Shown piece after piece: positions 50,012 to 62,333 of a stretch of DNA of 64,000 bases; positions within the stretch are counted from its first letter, which is position 1; each line of letters opens with the position of its first letter. Position numbers and translations under genes: made by a program. The stretch is from the NCBI GenBank assembly GCA_040437565.1, contig JBDOQK010000048.1, forward strand, positions 62,001 to 126,000, given 5' to 3'. The stretch comes from Albugo candida (taxonomy: Eukaryota). Under the pieces are notes generated by a model, which was not told the DNA's origin, made no database searches, and worked only from the letters and a program-made list of their open reading frames with translations.

Positions 50012-51774
50012 TTAAATCAAATTTTTACTAAAGTGAAGTAAATTGAATTTTGCAAATGATTCGGTTTGTGCCACACGATATCCCTTGCTCTTATAAAATT
50101 TGTCGGCTGCTACCATCGCATCAGTCGTTTTCAAGGATATAACCTTGTATCCACGCTCCTCAGCAAACGATTCTCCAATCTCGACTAGCCGGGACGCAAT
50201 CCCGCGCCTTTGATAAGCTCGGTCGACCCTCAGTCCTACGAGATTTGCCTCTTCTCTTTTCTCGTTGTCGTCTGGTTTAAGGCCCAGCGATCCAATGACT
50301 TTATCTTCCGTAACTGCCACCCAAAAATGAGCTCGTGATTTGAGATGCACAAATGTATTCTCAATGTCCGCCATCTCATTTTGCAGTTGTTTTGCAAGGA
50401 ATACTTTAACAGCTTTACCTTTGGGCGCATCATCATCGAAAATAGCGCTTTTGTATAATTCTCTCGCTGTTTCTAGTTCTCTTTTCGAACACTCTATTGT
50501 TCGAATCATTATGGCTGGAAACGTGAACAAATCCGCTCGAACTCCAACTTGCTGTTGTAAGCCGCAAAACATGTCTATCATATTCGCTCCTGCCGAATTT
50601 CTACCATCTTCAAAAGGCGCATTGCTGACGATAGTGATTGCGTAGTGGGCATTCGTAATTGCCAAATCTGCGTATTCGTCAAAAGGTTCCAGCGATAGGA
50701 GGAGGTCACGCTCGGAGCATCCTTTCCAGATACTATTCATGTCAAACATTCGAAATTGCTTCCAGCCAGCACTCAGAAGAAATCGAGACGCTTGATGCTG
50801 TGATGGAATTCCTGTTTGCACCATTGACCTCAATTCACACCCTTTGGTTTTGAAGTACTTTTGCAATGTGTCGCTGAACGAATCGTTAAGTGAAATTGGG
50901 TCATATGCAATCAATGCTGCGTTTCCTGTAAACCAGTCTGATAGCCAAGCTAGCAGCTCTGTGCCTCGTTCAAAAGGCAGATAGGACTAAGAGATCAGAA
51001 TACACTTCTTAAAAACGGCTTCAATGCAAAAATGACTTACGAGTACGCATTCCATCACAATCAGAGTGGGTCGTGCAGGTGAAAGTCCCAGCTGAGAAAA
51101 TGCATTCTCGATTTGTGCGAGATCCCCCAGATCGGCTTCGAGCAATGTATATGAGCAATGTAGTCGCTTCATGTGGCACTGAAACGAAACCGAGCTGGTA
51201 GATTCAACGATTTCGCCTTCGTTTTTGAATAAGACCTCGAAATTTTTCGCGGTCGCAACTATATTCTTTTTTTTGGAAATGATCACCGAGGAGTCCACCT
51301 CAACAAAATGCATACTAAGTTCCGAATGTCGATGTAATAATCGGAAAAATAACGTGTCAAAACCAGCGCCAAGTGAGATTATTTGTACTTGTTCGGAAGA
51401 CGCTAAAGAACACATTTACGCTTTCTTCCACAAAGCACGACAGCATTCGTACCTTTCGTTAAGAATGCCTCTACTGCATTTTCTATCGCAATATAGCGCA
51501 AGTAGTATCCGACATGAATCTATCACTCTCTCGTCAATGGAACTCAATCAGAATATGTACGGGTTTCTGACGAGGGGAATTCGACGTGCTGAACCAGTGA
51601 CAAAATATTGCAAGAAATCGTCTTTATAGTAGCCAAGCTGTACAGCGGATCTACGTTGGAACAATGTGCACCTTAGACGTCAAGTAAGAGCATTATACGG
51701 TAAAATTACAGCTTACATCGCGCAGCATCGAGTGCTGTCTCTGCGACATTAGGAGCACTGGAGTGCGGTCGCAT
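50012..51774 (-). CDS. Leucine carboxyl methyltransferase (LCMT/PPM family) fused to C-terminal GNAT acetyltransferase, 5 exons, about 515 aa
   Basis: LCMT motifs: VAETALDAARCKLSAVQLGYYKDDFLQYFV, RRIPLIHVGYYLR, QIISLGAGFDTLFF, FVEVD, PTLIVMECVLSYL, LEPFDEY..L...HY. The same exon continues into GNAT: HFWVA...VIGSLGL...LRVDRAYQRRGIASRLV...AADKFYKSKGY. Introns 51651-51709, 51520-51571, 51403-51452 and 50987-51040 give 1,548 nt. Confidence 0.9.
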
Positions 51775-54700
51775 TATGGTAAAGTAATTGCTGTTATCTT
51801 TCAGTTACAAAGAGCGGTGATCGTGCTCTTGCGTGATACGTATGGATGACATTGTGACTCGGATTAAAAGGCGTTAAATAGTGTAACTCTCAGCACTTGA
51901 GATGCGTTCAGTCTACAGTATTCCAGCCGATCGATTGATTATTTAATGACCTCAAGCTCATGAAAGGTATTTCACTTATGGTCATGCAGCGCGTATCAGG
52001 CGTTTTCTAGGTTCGCAGTCTTGGTAAGGACCGATACAACCTCTTTAGTATAGTCAAGGTTAAGGTATTCATTATACATTGTAGCATGTTTTGCAGCATT
52101 TGCGCTGATCTGCACGTGACGATGCACTGCCTTGAAACCAAAAAAGTGCTGTAGTGGCAACTAAAGCCACCACTACCGAGAACGCGCTCAACCATTCAGG
52201 AACGCGCCATGAATGAGCACAAGAGTTTGTCGATAGCATGAAAGATAAAGCTTGACATAGAGCGGCTAAGACAGAACTCAGTTTATTGGCTTGGAACCGG
52301 AAGAGTCAGAGATGAAGGGGTCTTGGAACGATGAATACATTACCTATTCTACCACAGTGCCTACGTGGTAGCTGTTATCTTTAGAACATCGGTGATGCCG
52401 TACTTCTACTCTATCAACGTTACAAAAAAATCAGCATCAATCAAATCGTTAGAAGCTATCCGCCAGGCTTCTTCTGTAAGCATATTATACTTGGTTCGGC
52501 GCTTTCGTGAATGACGAGATGATTTTACAATCAGTAATTCATGATCCAATCCATCGTACTTCCGACCAGGTTGACTTCCATACTCCTTTGATACAATTGC
52601 TGATTAATGAATATTTTTTGCAAATAAATTGAAAGTGTATCGTATCAAACGAGCGCTACTGCTGATTGTATGTGCATTATGCATTTCTCTAGTTGCTTCA
52701 TTCACGTCAGACGAGCATGTCTGCTTACACCATTTCCATCCCATCATACCTTGCGTTGACATTGAAACAGACTGATACAAATAAATGTCAAAAACCAGCA
52801 CGCAACTCACGGCCTCAAGTGATAGTGATTCTTTACGTCGATTGCTGATTGAAAGAGCTCTGTCAGCAAGCGCTCACGTCAGACCCTGCATTATGAGTTT
52901 TGTTTCCTTTGCCCTACTAAGATTGGTAGTGTGACTGATTGCAAAATCTTCGTTGAAACACTCTTTTTCCCAACAAAAAGTCTTCTTCGTATGATATAAG
53001 GGTGACAAGAAATTTCTCATCGTGGTAGTGAGCTTCGCATTTAACTAATTAAGCTTTGTGAAAATGACCGAAGTTTGAATAGTGATTCATGTTGAGTAAG
53101 CTACTAGAAAATCGGATGAATGTGCATGAAGAGCACTCGGATAACAATAAGGTGTTTGCACTACTTGAAGAATTTTAAATAGATGTTATCTTTATGCTGC
53201 AAGTGAGAAGACCTCAGTTGAAGGTGCCTATATTACTAGAATTAGACTAACTGACTTCTCTAGTTGCCTAGGCTATCTTANNNNNNNNNNNNNNNNNNNN
53301 NNNNNNNNNNNNNNNNNNNNNNNNNNNNNNNNNNNNNNNNNNNNNNNNNNNNNNNNNNNNNNNNNNNNNNNNNNNNNNNNTCTTAAATAACATATATACA
53401 TATAAAAAACGTTTCGTGAAATACCTGTGAGAGATGATATTATGTCTTCTCGTTGATAATCCCGTATCGTAGTAGCCTCAGCACCCTTAATACGAGACTA
53501 TGTCCAGCTTGTAAATGCTGTAAATTTGTATAGTTGTAAAGCTGTAAAAATGGTTCAAAAGTACCGTGGTTTCGAATTGGTGTGCACCACACTACGGTGA
53601 GCATAACCAGCCAAGTAGGACTAGGATCTGAGTTGCACTTGCATTTTGACTTGTCTGTGCCGTACCCGCAGTAATGATCTTCGGCTTCTCAAAAATCCAC
53701 CAAATGACCCTGCGTTGCGAGTTGATACAGCACCTTTTAAGTGAGAAGACCTCATTGGAATGTTGCCGCGAGAAGAATGATATTTGACATCATCCTATAT
53801 TCTTCATGTCAGATAAAACTAATGTATTGTGCCAAATGTGTCCACTCTACAGATGAATCAAAATTGCTTCGTTTCGTCGCGCACAGCTCAATTAGGATAA
53901 AGCGCAGCCCGTATCTCAATTCTTTGAGCACATAGAGTCCTGGATGACTGGTTACTATAGCTGTGTGAATTTAGAGTCAGAGCATACCGAGCCGCATAAA
54001 CAGTATATAGCATCTCCATAAACACATACAGGTGTATAGACAAATCAAAGCCTTGTCCAGGATTCCCATGATAGAGATCAGAGTCACTTCAATTGATGGG
54101 ACTGGATACGGATATTAAGGTACTATTGGTCGACTAAATGGTTGGATGCCCATAGAAGGATGGAGTGACCGGAATAGTTGTGAGAGGATAGGAATGGTTG
54201 CTCAATCCAGTAACGTATGGATACGATCCCAAGTATAGTGGCCGATGAATATCCATTGTACCGATGTGAAATATAGAAAAATAGATAAGAAAGTGTATCG
54301 TTATGGAGCATGGATGCCCTACTTACACGCTAGATAACTTTGATCCCAATGTATGAATTGCGGTGTGACACTTTTTTGCCAAACAGACCCGTGCTGTTCG
54401 ATCCTATGAAATCGTCAAAGCTCCTCCTGTAGTTCATCAATTGGGGAGCACGTCGCTATTCAGCTTAGTTTAGTCATGTACGGGCCGGAGTGAGGAATGC
54501 TGGAGTATGTGGTGTCCTCTTAGAACTTTACTCAAAAGCTGTATCGACAAAAAGGATCCTCATAGATGCAGAGTTCTTTAATAGCTTTCATGAAACGACC
54601 CCATCATACCAATTTATCAGAGTGCGTGCTCTTATGTGACTTCATAGTTAGGATTGTTAGCTCTCAGGTACATGCTGTTGTCTCTCGCTTGGATTAAACC

Positions 54701-56154
54701 TATAAAGAGGAATAGCTCATATTGCGGATATATTGCTCGCAAGCTCCCGAAAGCTTCAAAGAATGACCATTTTGATAAAGCCTGAGTGAGATCCATCACA
54801 TGTGTGGATACCAAAATTCACACAATATTGAAGGATATATTCTTGATTTGTTTTTTATTACGAGCGAATAATTTGTTGCCAAAAGTTTATGATCGGTAAC
54901 GCTTCGTTACAGCCGAAAGGAGCCTCATTTATTTAAATCATTCGAAAAAATTGTGCTCTCGTGGTCACATCATTATATTATCACTGACGTTTGCTGCTTC
55001 TATTCGCGTGAAAGCGCTGAATTCAACGAATATACCAACGGAGGTGACGCGGAGGCAAAGCTAACGCTAAAAAGCTTCTGATTGTAGATCTGAGTCAATT
55101 GGTATACGAAAATGCTTTCAGACTTTGTGCTGTTTAAATGTGCAGATCGCAATGGCTACTACTGGTAATCGCTTCGTCTTTTCTCTATCCTGAAGCTGTA
55201 AAGGTAGAATCTGATGTTACTGCTCCAATTGACATGAGCTCTCGATGGAGAGGATCGCTACGGCCGTTGTGCAATCTAAAGATGAGGGTTACGCACAATT
55301 TTTCTGACTGAAGCCTTCCATCTTTATGAAGCGGAGTTTCGTTGGCCCAGCCACAATCATCACATTACTGGGCAGGCATCGAGTATGTCTATCCAGTGAG
55401 CGATTGGAATCAAATTCATACATACTTGGAAAGTCGACGAGTGGGAAGCTATCCGTGTCATAGCAAACGAGAAGAGCACCACAGGCAGGTGTCAGCAGAG
55501 AGAATCATTTGTCTGTTTAAATGCATTTTGTCAACAGGAGAAACTTTTACGAGTCCAAATATGCGCTTCATTCGTCCGGCATGTTTTTTACGATTTTATG
55601 ATACCTTAGAGAGTAGGCAGATGCATAGTCTTCTTTTCAGGTCGGAGTACGAGAATCTTATTCATTATATTACTTTCACGCATTCTATCAGTCTATGCAG
55701 CACTAAATGGTTTCGATTATCATTCGGTGGTAGGGACCGACCAATAGATTTTCAGTAAGACAAAACTTTTCGCTCCTGTAGCCTTTGTTTTCATGATTCA
55801 CCTTATGCCTGCCTCTTGGTCTGGGTTTTCGCGTACTAAAGAGAAAACGTATCAGTATACACCCTACCATCGAGATAACTCGCACGGTTAAGTTGATTCG
55901 TGTGTTGTAATTACCATAACGTATCTGACGGCACCAAACCAGGATACATTGTACAAGTGTCGAGCTGATGGCATGATTATCTTTGCTGTAGCATTAGACA
56001 ATTGAAGTGGTTGATGACATCATTTGGGTCAATATAGTGTGTTAATCCCTCAAGTATGATAAATGATAATATATTAGGTGTATATAAATGGCATTTGCCA
56101 GAATAAAAAATAGTATCTAGCAGCAAGAGTGAAAGTATCCTATTGACAATCAGA

Positions 56155-56367
56155 CTACTTGCCCCATTGTCGTTGCACAACAGGTGCAACAGGTAATGGA
56201 GGAGCTGGCCATTGTCGTTGAGCAATAGGAGAAGCTCCCCATTTCGATGGCCCGAGCCCGGGTGGTGGGTAAAATGATTGCCCTCCATGGTAGCCTCCAT
56301 TTTGGAGGCCCCAGTCGTTTTCCATAGCGCATCCCCATGTATCCCAATTCACTTGAACACATAATGT
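56155..56367 (-). CDS. 3' fragment of secreted Cys-domain family member (5' part lost in gap)
   Basis: TLCVQVNWDTWGCAMENDWGLQNGGYHGG...PIAQRQWPAPPLPVAPVVQRQWGK*; near-identical to the end of the 57244 gene but with a different 3' flank. Confidence 0.65.
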   Translation of the reverse strand, partial: TLCVQVNWDTWGCAMENDWGLQNGGYHGGQSFYPPPGLGPSKWGASPIAQRQWPAPPLPVAPVVQRQWGK

Positions 56368-57243
56368 NNNNNNNNNNNNNNNNNNNNNNNNNNNNNNNNN
56401 NNNNNNNNNNNNNNNNNNNNNNNNNNNNNNNNNNNNNNNNNNNNNNNNNNNNNNNNNNNNNNNNNNNATCATTTATGTCGAATAAGTGATTTGTCAGATA
56501 AATCAAGTGAACGCTACCATCACTCACCGGATTGCTTCAATTCACGATATTCGTGCTGTTGTATTCCTATCGAAATACGTGGCGAATATCGAACTATTGT
56601 GATATGAGGATGTATTAGTGGCAGAAGGGTATGAAAGAACGATAAATCAAGTGTCTAGTCTGCTCATGAGCTTGCAAGTGTTCAGTGGCGTCACGTGTCG
56701 AGATCACGAAGTTCAGCTCGATCAAAGAAGCTGGACCCATATTCGATCAAATATTGACGCTAAAATAGGGTAGCGCAAAAAACAGCAAAAAGCCATTCCA
56801 TTTTTCAGCGTATTCACATGATAGACAATAAAAATCCAGAAAGTAGCCAAAGCTTAATTCTTATANNNNNNNNNNNNNNNNNNNNNNNNNNNNNNNNNNN
56901 NNNNNNNNNNNNNNNNNNNNNNNNNNNNNNNNNNNNNNNNNNNNNNNNNNNNNNNNNNNNNNNNNTAAAAATCCAGAAAGTAGCCAAAGCTTAATTCTTA
57001 TATTACATCTTGACCAGTACATAAAATTAGTGAAAGGTCATTCAATGCATGTTCTATGTTCTGAACGCATGTGTGTCAGCTTTGAAAAGGCCTCTATACC
57101 AGTTTGCTAATGATAACAAATAGTGGCAGGTAGTGACCAACACATAAATAGTAGTAAAAGAATATATTTGTAATAAAAAGTGATATTAATATGCATGAGA
57201 AGATCGAGTAATTAAGCTAAATAGATAATATGCTTATTGAAAA

Positions 57244-57786
57244 TCATTTACCCCATTGTCGCTGAGCAATAGGAGAAGCTCCCCATTTCGATGGCCCGAG
57301 CCCGGGTGGTGGGTAAAATGATTGCCCTCCATGGTAGCCTCCATTTTGGAGGCCCCAGTCGTTTTCCATAGCGCATCCCCATGTATCCCAATTCACTTGA
57401 ACACATAATGTNNNNNNNNNNNNNNNNNNNNNNNNNNNNNNNNNNNNNNNNNNNNNNNNNNNNNNNNNNNNNNNNNNNNNNNNNNNNNNNNNNNNNNNNN
57501 NNNNNNNNNNNATAGGCATCTGTCCACCTGGCATCATGCCTGGGTTTCCAAAGGGTGCTCCCATTTGGCCATTGGGGTACTGGCTGTATGGATTGGAACC
57601 AAATGGCAGTATTCCTCCTTCTGTCTGGGATTGGCCGGTGGCACCTGAATCGGCTGGGTTGCCTGAGGGTGCTGTGTTCGAATCACCATTTGTAGAAACA
57701 GGCGCATCCTGAGCGCTTGCGGTGTCAATTTGTGCGTAAAACAAGATGGCAGAGGCTGTGATGCTCAAAATTCGTTGAATATTCAT
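57244..57786 (-). CDS. Secreted G/P/N/Q-rich protein ending in a 'C....WGC' motif (middle hidden in gap 57412-57511)
   Basis: Signal peptide MNIQRILSITASAILFYAQIDTASA|QD, then low-complexity GILPFGSNPYSQYPNGQMGAPFGNPGMMPGGQMP; after the gap TLCVQVNWDTWGC...QRQWGK*. Confidence 0.8.
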   Translation of the reverse strand: MNIQRILSITASAILFYAQIDTASAQDAPVSTNGDSNTAPSGNPADSGATGQSQTEGGILPFGSNPYSQYPNGQMGAPFGNPGMMPGGQMPXXXXXXXXXXXXXXXXXXXXXXXXXXXXXXXXXXTLCVQVNWDTWGCAMENDWGLQNGGYHGGQSFYPPPGLGPSKWGASPIAQRQWGK

Positions 57787-57842
57787 AATGATTGGAATCA
57801 AAGGTTGATGTTTGGTGTTGCTAGTAGATCACTGGAACAAGT

Positions 57843-57858
57843 GAAATTGAAAAGTGAG
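57843..57858 (-). promoter_or_regulatory. Oomycete-type INR/FPR core promoter motif
   Basis: Minus strand CTCACTTTTCAATTTC matches YCAYTYY-N-CAWTTNC, about 57 nt upstream of the ATG at 57786. Confidence 0.6.
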
Positions 57859-58541
57859 AGAAGCTGAGTGCCAGAATCACTCTACCAATTGTTGTTTCAT
57901 TGTTGCCTGGATTTTATGACTTGTGAGTGATTTACGTGTCATTGTGGGTATAACGTCTGAATGTTACTTGATACTACCAAGGGAAATGACTCATAAGGAC
58001 GGTAATCAAGTCAAATATTTACAAGAAAATTTGCGTACAACGTGGCATTAGATGATAATATCGCTTGATTCTGCGCGCTGGTCGTTAGCACCACGATGGT
58101 ACGCAATGAATCCAGTACAACCACGTGATAGGTATCAAAGTAACGACCTAATGTTTGGTGGAATTCCAATAAATCCAGAGTGATTTTAGCAACAAGTGAA
58201 GATCTGTTGATGCAAAACTTCGCAAAGCACGCAGAAATGAACAGCAACTCGTTCATAAGTACTCCTGAGAAGTTTGCTTTTGATGGCGCGTGACATTGCT
58301 CAACTCCAATATGAAGTGTCTACCTATACATAGGCACCCTAATATAGCGTATTTAGCGCGATAAGAGTGTGCATCAGATCTTCCAAGATTCACGTTACAT
58401 GTTCTTAGAATGCGGTGTGTACACATTAAAATTCATCAGAACCACCTACCACGCGTCCAATTCAAAATTGAGTTGTAGAGAATATCACCCTTTAAATTTG
58501 TCATATTTCAAATTACTTTTTAACGAGAAAATCAAATAAAA

Positions 58542-58982
58542 ATGGGACGTTCTAGAAGATCCGCTCCATCACCTCAACGTCGCGCATCGCCTTCATCGGC
58601 ATCCAAGCGACAAGCGCCGCCTCCAGCCCGAACCGCTTCTGCACAAGCTCCAGCACATGCAAGTCAAAGCAGCTCTGGAGGAATGATGAGCGGCCTGATG
58701 GGAACAGTTGCTCAAGGAATGGCATTTGGCACTGGTAGTGCGATGGCCCATCGTGCGGTTGGTGCTGTCGCCAACTCTTTCGGGGGTTCCGATAACTCAT
58801 CAGAGGGCCCAGCCGTTGTGAATGAACAAGCATCTCAACAGTCTGATAACTCTGTTAATGCATGCAGCCCAGATCAGAATGCATTTTTGCAATGTTTGAA
58901 TGCAAATGTCAACGATATCAGTTCGTGTCAATTTTACTTGGACAAATTCAACCAATGCAAACAGCAAAGTGCATACATGTAG
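58542..58982 (+). CDS. CHCHD2: CHCHD2/CHCHD10/MIX17-family mitochondrial twin-CX9C protein, 146 aa
   Basis: Basic N-terminus, GLMGTVAQGMAFGTGSAMAHRAV helix, C-terminal CSPDQNAFLQC...CQFYLDKFNQC (CX9C-CX9C). Confidence 0.93.
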   Translation: MGRSRRSAPSPQRRASPSSASKRQAPPPARTASAQAPAHASQSSSGGMMSGLMGTVAQGMAFGTGSAMAHRAVGAVANSFGGSDNSSEGPAVVNEQASQQSDNSVNACSPDQNAFLQCLNANVNDISSCQFYLDKFNQCKQQSAYM

Positions 58983-59522
58983 AGAGCAAGTAGTACAGCA
59001 GTCTCATTCATCGACTCTGTATTTCATAATACACTGAAAACCTTACGAGTGTTGTTATGCGACTATCACTTTGCAACTGAGCGGGTCGCTTCATCTCTAC
59101 GGTGCTGAGAAGAAAGTCTGATCCTCATTCTCGCTACTATGCATTTAGATTAAAACATCTATCCGTTATCTCCGTTACTATCGACATCGAAGGTTCATGC
59201 TATTGCAACCTTTATGACGCCATTTATGGTCCGAAAGAAGAAGATATCGCACTTCAATAAATAGAGTGAAATCTAGCACTATTTCATTCCTCACCCTACT
59301 TCTACCGCTCACGTTTAGTATAATACAATAGAATCTCTTCTTCCACTCACATGACTATGGGCGTCATTTCATCCTCGTGGAATGCCTAAAGTTACGTTAT
59401 AACCTTAAATTCTGCTTTAAAGTTTGTCACACTAAAAAACAGAAGCACTCTCCTCCACTCGTCACTTCATTAAAAGCTCCGACCCTTTCATCATTCCAAG
59501 ATAAAAGTAGAAGAAAAACACC

Positions 59523-62180
59523 ATGGTACAGCGTCTTTTGCCTCGCTCTCCAATCCACTCGACATATTATTTTGACCTGTTTCTCTGACATGCGTTTTAG
59601 GTGAATTTTACAGTGGATCAGATGCGTGAGATCATGGACTACACCAAGAACATTCGGAACATGTCTGTGATCGCCCACGTGGACCACGGAAAATCGACTC
59701 TGACAGACTCCCTCGTATCCAAAGCGGGTATTATATCGGCCAAACACGCCGGAGAAGCGCGTTTCACAGACACTCGTCAAGACGAACAAGATCGATGTAT
59801 CACGATCAAGTCGACTGGTATTTCCATGTTTTTTGAGTACAACATGGACGTTGGTGAGAAAGCGACAGCTGCCAAAGTAGCGAATGAAACCGCTGAAACC
59901 ACACAGACTTCATCAGACACTGTGGAAATCAGTCAGAATTCGTATTTGATCAATCTCATCGACTCACCTGGTCACGTTGATTTCTCCTCAGAAGTCACTG
60001 CCGCACTCCGAGTGACTGATGGAGCGCTTGTGGTTGTCGATTGTATTGAAGGTGTTTGTGTTCAAACCGAAACTGTGCTTCGTCAAGCGATCAGCGAACG
60101 AGTAAAACCAGTTTTAATGGTCAATAAAGTCGACCGAGCGTTGTTGGAACTTCATTTGGAACCAGAAGACTGCTACCAATCGTTCTCTCGTGCTATTGAG
60201 ACAGTGAATGTTGTCATTGCGACTTACAGAGATGAAAAACTCGGCGATATGCAGGTGTACCCTGATCATGGAACTGTCGCATTTGGTTCAGGTTTGCATC
60301 AGTGGGGTTTCACTCTTAAAAAGTTTGCTCGCATGTACTCCAAGAAATTTGGAATTGAGGAAAGTAAAATGATGCAAAAGTTATGGGGAGACTGGTATTT
60401 TGACGCTGAGAACAAAAAATGGACAAGTAAGAACAACGCAGCTGGAACTCTCAAACGTGCATTTTGTCAATTCATTATGGATCCTATTATCAAAATGTTT
60501 GATGCGATTATGAACGATAAAAAACAAAAGATCGAAAAGATGCTGAAAGCTCTCGGTGTGGAACTTAAGTCGACGGAACGGGAACTTGGAGGCAAGCAAT
60601 TGCTCAAAGTTGTCATGCAACGTTGGTTACCGGCAGCCGATGCGGTTTTGGAGATGATTGTCGTTCATTTACCGTCACCCATCACCGCTCAGCAATATCG
60701 AGTCGACACGTTGTACGATGGTCCGTTGGATGACGAATGTGCCAACGCAATTCGAAAATGTGATGTGAATGGACCGCTTGTGATGTATGTGTCAAAAATG
60801 GTTCCTACTTCTGACAGAGGTCGTTTTTACGCCTTTGGTCGTGTCTTTGCGGGTAAAATCGCTACTGGACAGAAAGTTCGACTTTTGGGTCCGAATTACG
60901 TTCCTGGCCAAAAAACAGATCTCTGGGTGAAGAATATTCAGCGAACGATCATCATGATGGGACGATATGTTGAGCAAACCCCCGATATTCCTGCTGGCAA
61001 CACGTGTGGTCTGGTCGGTGTTGATCAGTATCTGCTCAAGTCGGGTACTATCACAACCAGTGAATCAGGACACACGATCCGCACGATGAAGTTTTCAGTG
61101 TCGCCTGTTGTTCGTGTCGCTGTGCAAGCCAAGACTGCCGCTGATCTGCCCAAGCTTGTGGAAGGAATGAAACGGCTTGCCAAGTCTGATCCTATGGTTC
61201 TCTGTTACACGGAAGAGTCTGGAGAACACATCATTGCAGGTGCAGGCGAACTTCATCTCGAAATTTGTTTGAAAGATTTGCAGGAAGAATTTATGGGCTG
61301 TGAGGTTCAAATCTCGGAGCCTGTGGTATCATACCGCGAAACAATCCAAGGAGAATCATCCAAAACGTGCTTGTCCAAATCTCCCAACAAACACAATCGA
61401 CTATTTTGTGTTGGCGCACCTTTGGGCGATGATTTGACGGATCAAATTGAAGAAGGAAAAGCCGAAGTGCTACCTCGTCATGATTTTAAGCTACGGGCAC
61501 GTTACTTGGCCGACAATTTCGGATGGGATGTCACCGACGCCAGAAAAATATGGGGATATGGACCCGAAGGAACAGGACCGAATTTGTTTGTTGATCAGAC
61601 CAAAGGTGTCTCCTACTTGAATGAAATCAAAGAATCAGTTTTGGGCGGATTCAATTGGGCAACCAAAGACGGAGTTCTGTGTGAAGAAGGAGTCCGAGGA
61701 ATGCGTATCAATTTGCTCGATGTGGTACTTCACGCGGATGCGATCCATCGAGGTATGGGCCAAATTCTACCCACAGCCCGTCGTGTCGTGTACGCTTGCC
61801 AGCTGACAGCTTCGCCCGCTTTGATGGAACCAGTGTTTTTGGTCGATATTCAATGTCCTCAGGATGGTGTAGGTGGAGTCTACGGGGTCCTCACACGTCG
61901 TCGTGGCCACGTGTTTGCTGAAGAACAGCGACCTGGAACTCCAATGATGCAATTGAAGGCGTACTTACCGGTGAACGAATCATTTGGCTTCACGGCAGAT
62001 CTTCGTCAAAGCACTGGTGGAAAAGCGTTCCCCCAATGTGTTTTTGACCACTACCAGGTCGTTCCTGGAGACCCATTGGATGTAAGTACGATGGCTGGTA
62101 AACTTGTTCAAGGCGTACGCACGAGGAAGGGACTGAGCGCGGACGTTCCGCCATTGGATCGATACTATGACCGCTTATAG
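59523..62180 (+). CDS. EEF2: Eukaryotic translation elongation factor 2
   Basis: Exon 1 is only the ATG (59523-59525), intron 59526-59600, then VNFTVDQMR...[14 protein letters not shown]...DSPGHVDF...NKVD...diphthamide loop LHADAIHRG...[12 protein letters not shown]...YYDRL. Confidence 0.99.
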
Positions 62181-62333
62181 GTTTATACAGTCCCTACCAC
62201 CGACACCAAGTGTTCTCATTGATTGCAGGCTCATTGTGTTAGGATCAATAAAACCCGACACTTTTTCTCTAAATTTTGTTAGGAATCATGTACCGGTATA
62301 CTGCCACACGGTACACTGTACCATCTCGCAGAC

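Noticed and set aside
53201-53754. 16-bp repeat AAGTGAGAAGACCTCA at 53201 and 53739, and TGTAAA-rich tract near 53510
   Set aside because: Only two copies separated by a gap; no array, TIR or TSD structure; not CRISPR-like.
51800-56100. Search for tRNA, rRNA, snRNA or coding genes in this long intergenic stretch
   Set aside because: Nothing recognisable by eye; a covariance-model scan would be needed to exclude small ncRNAs.
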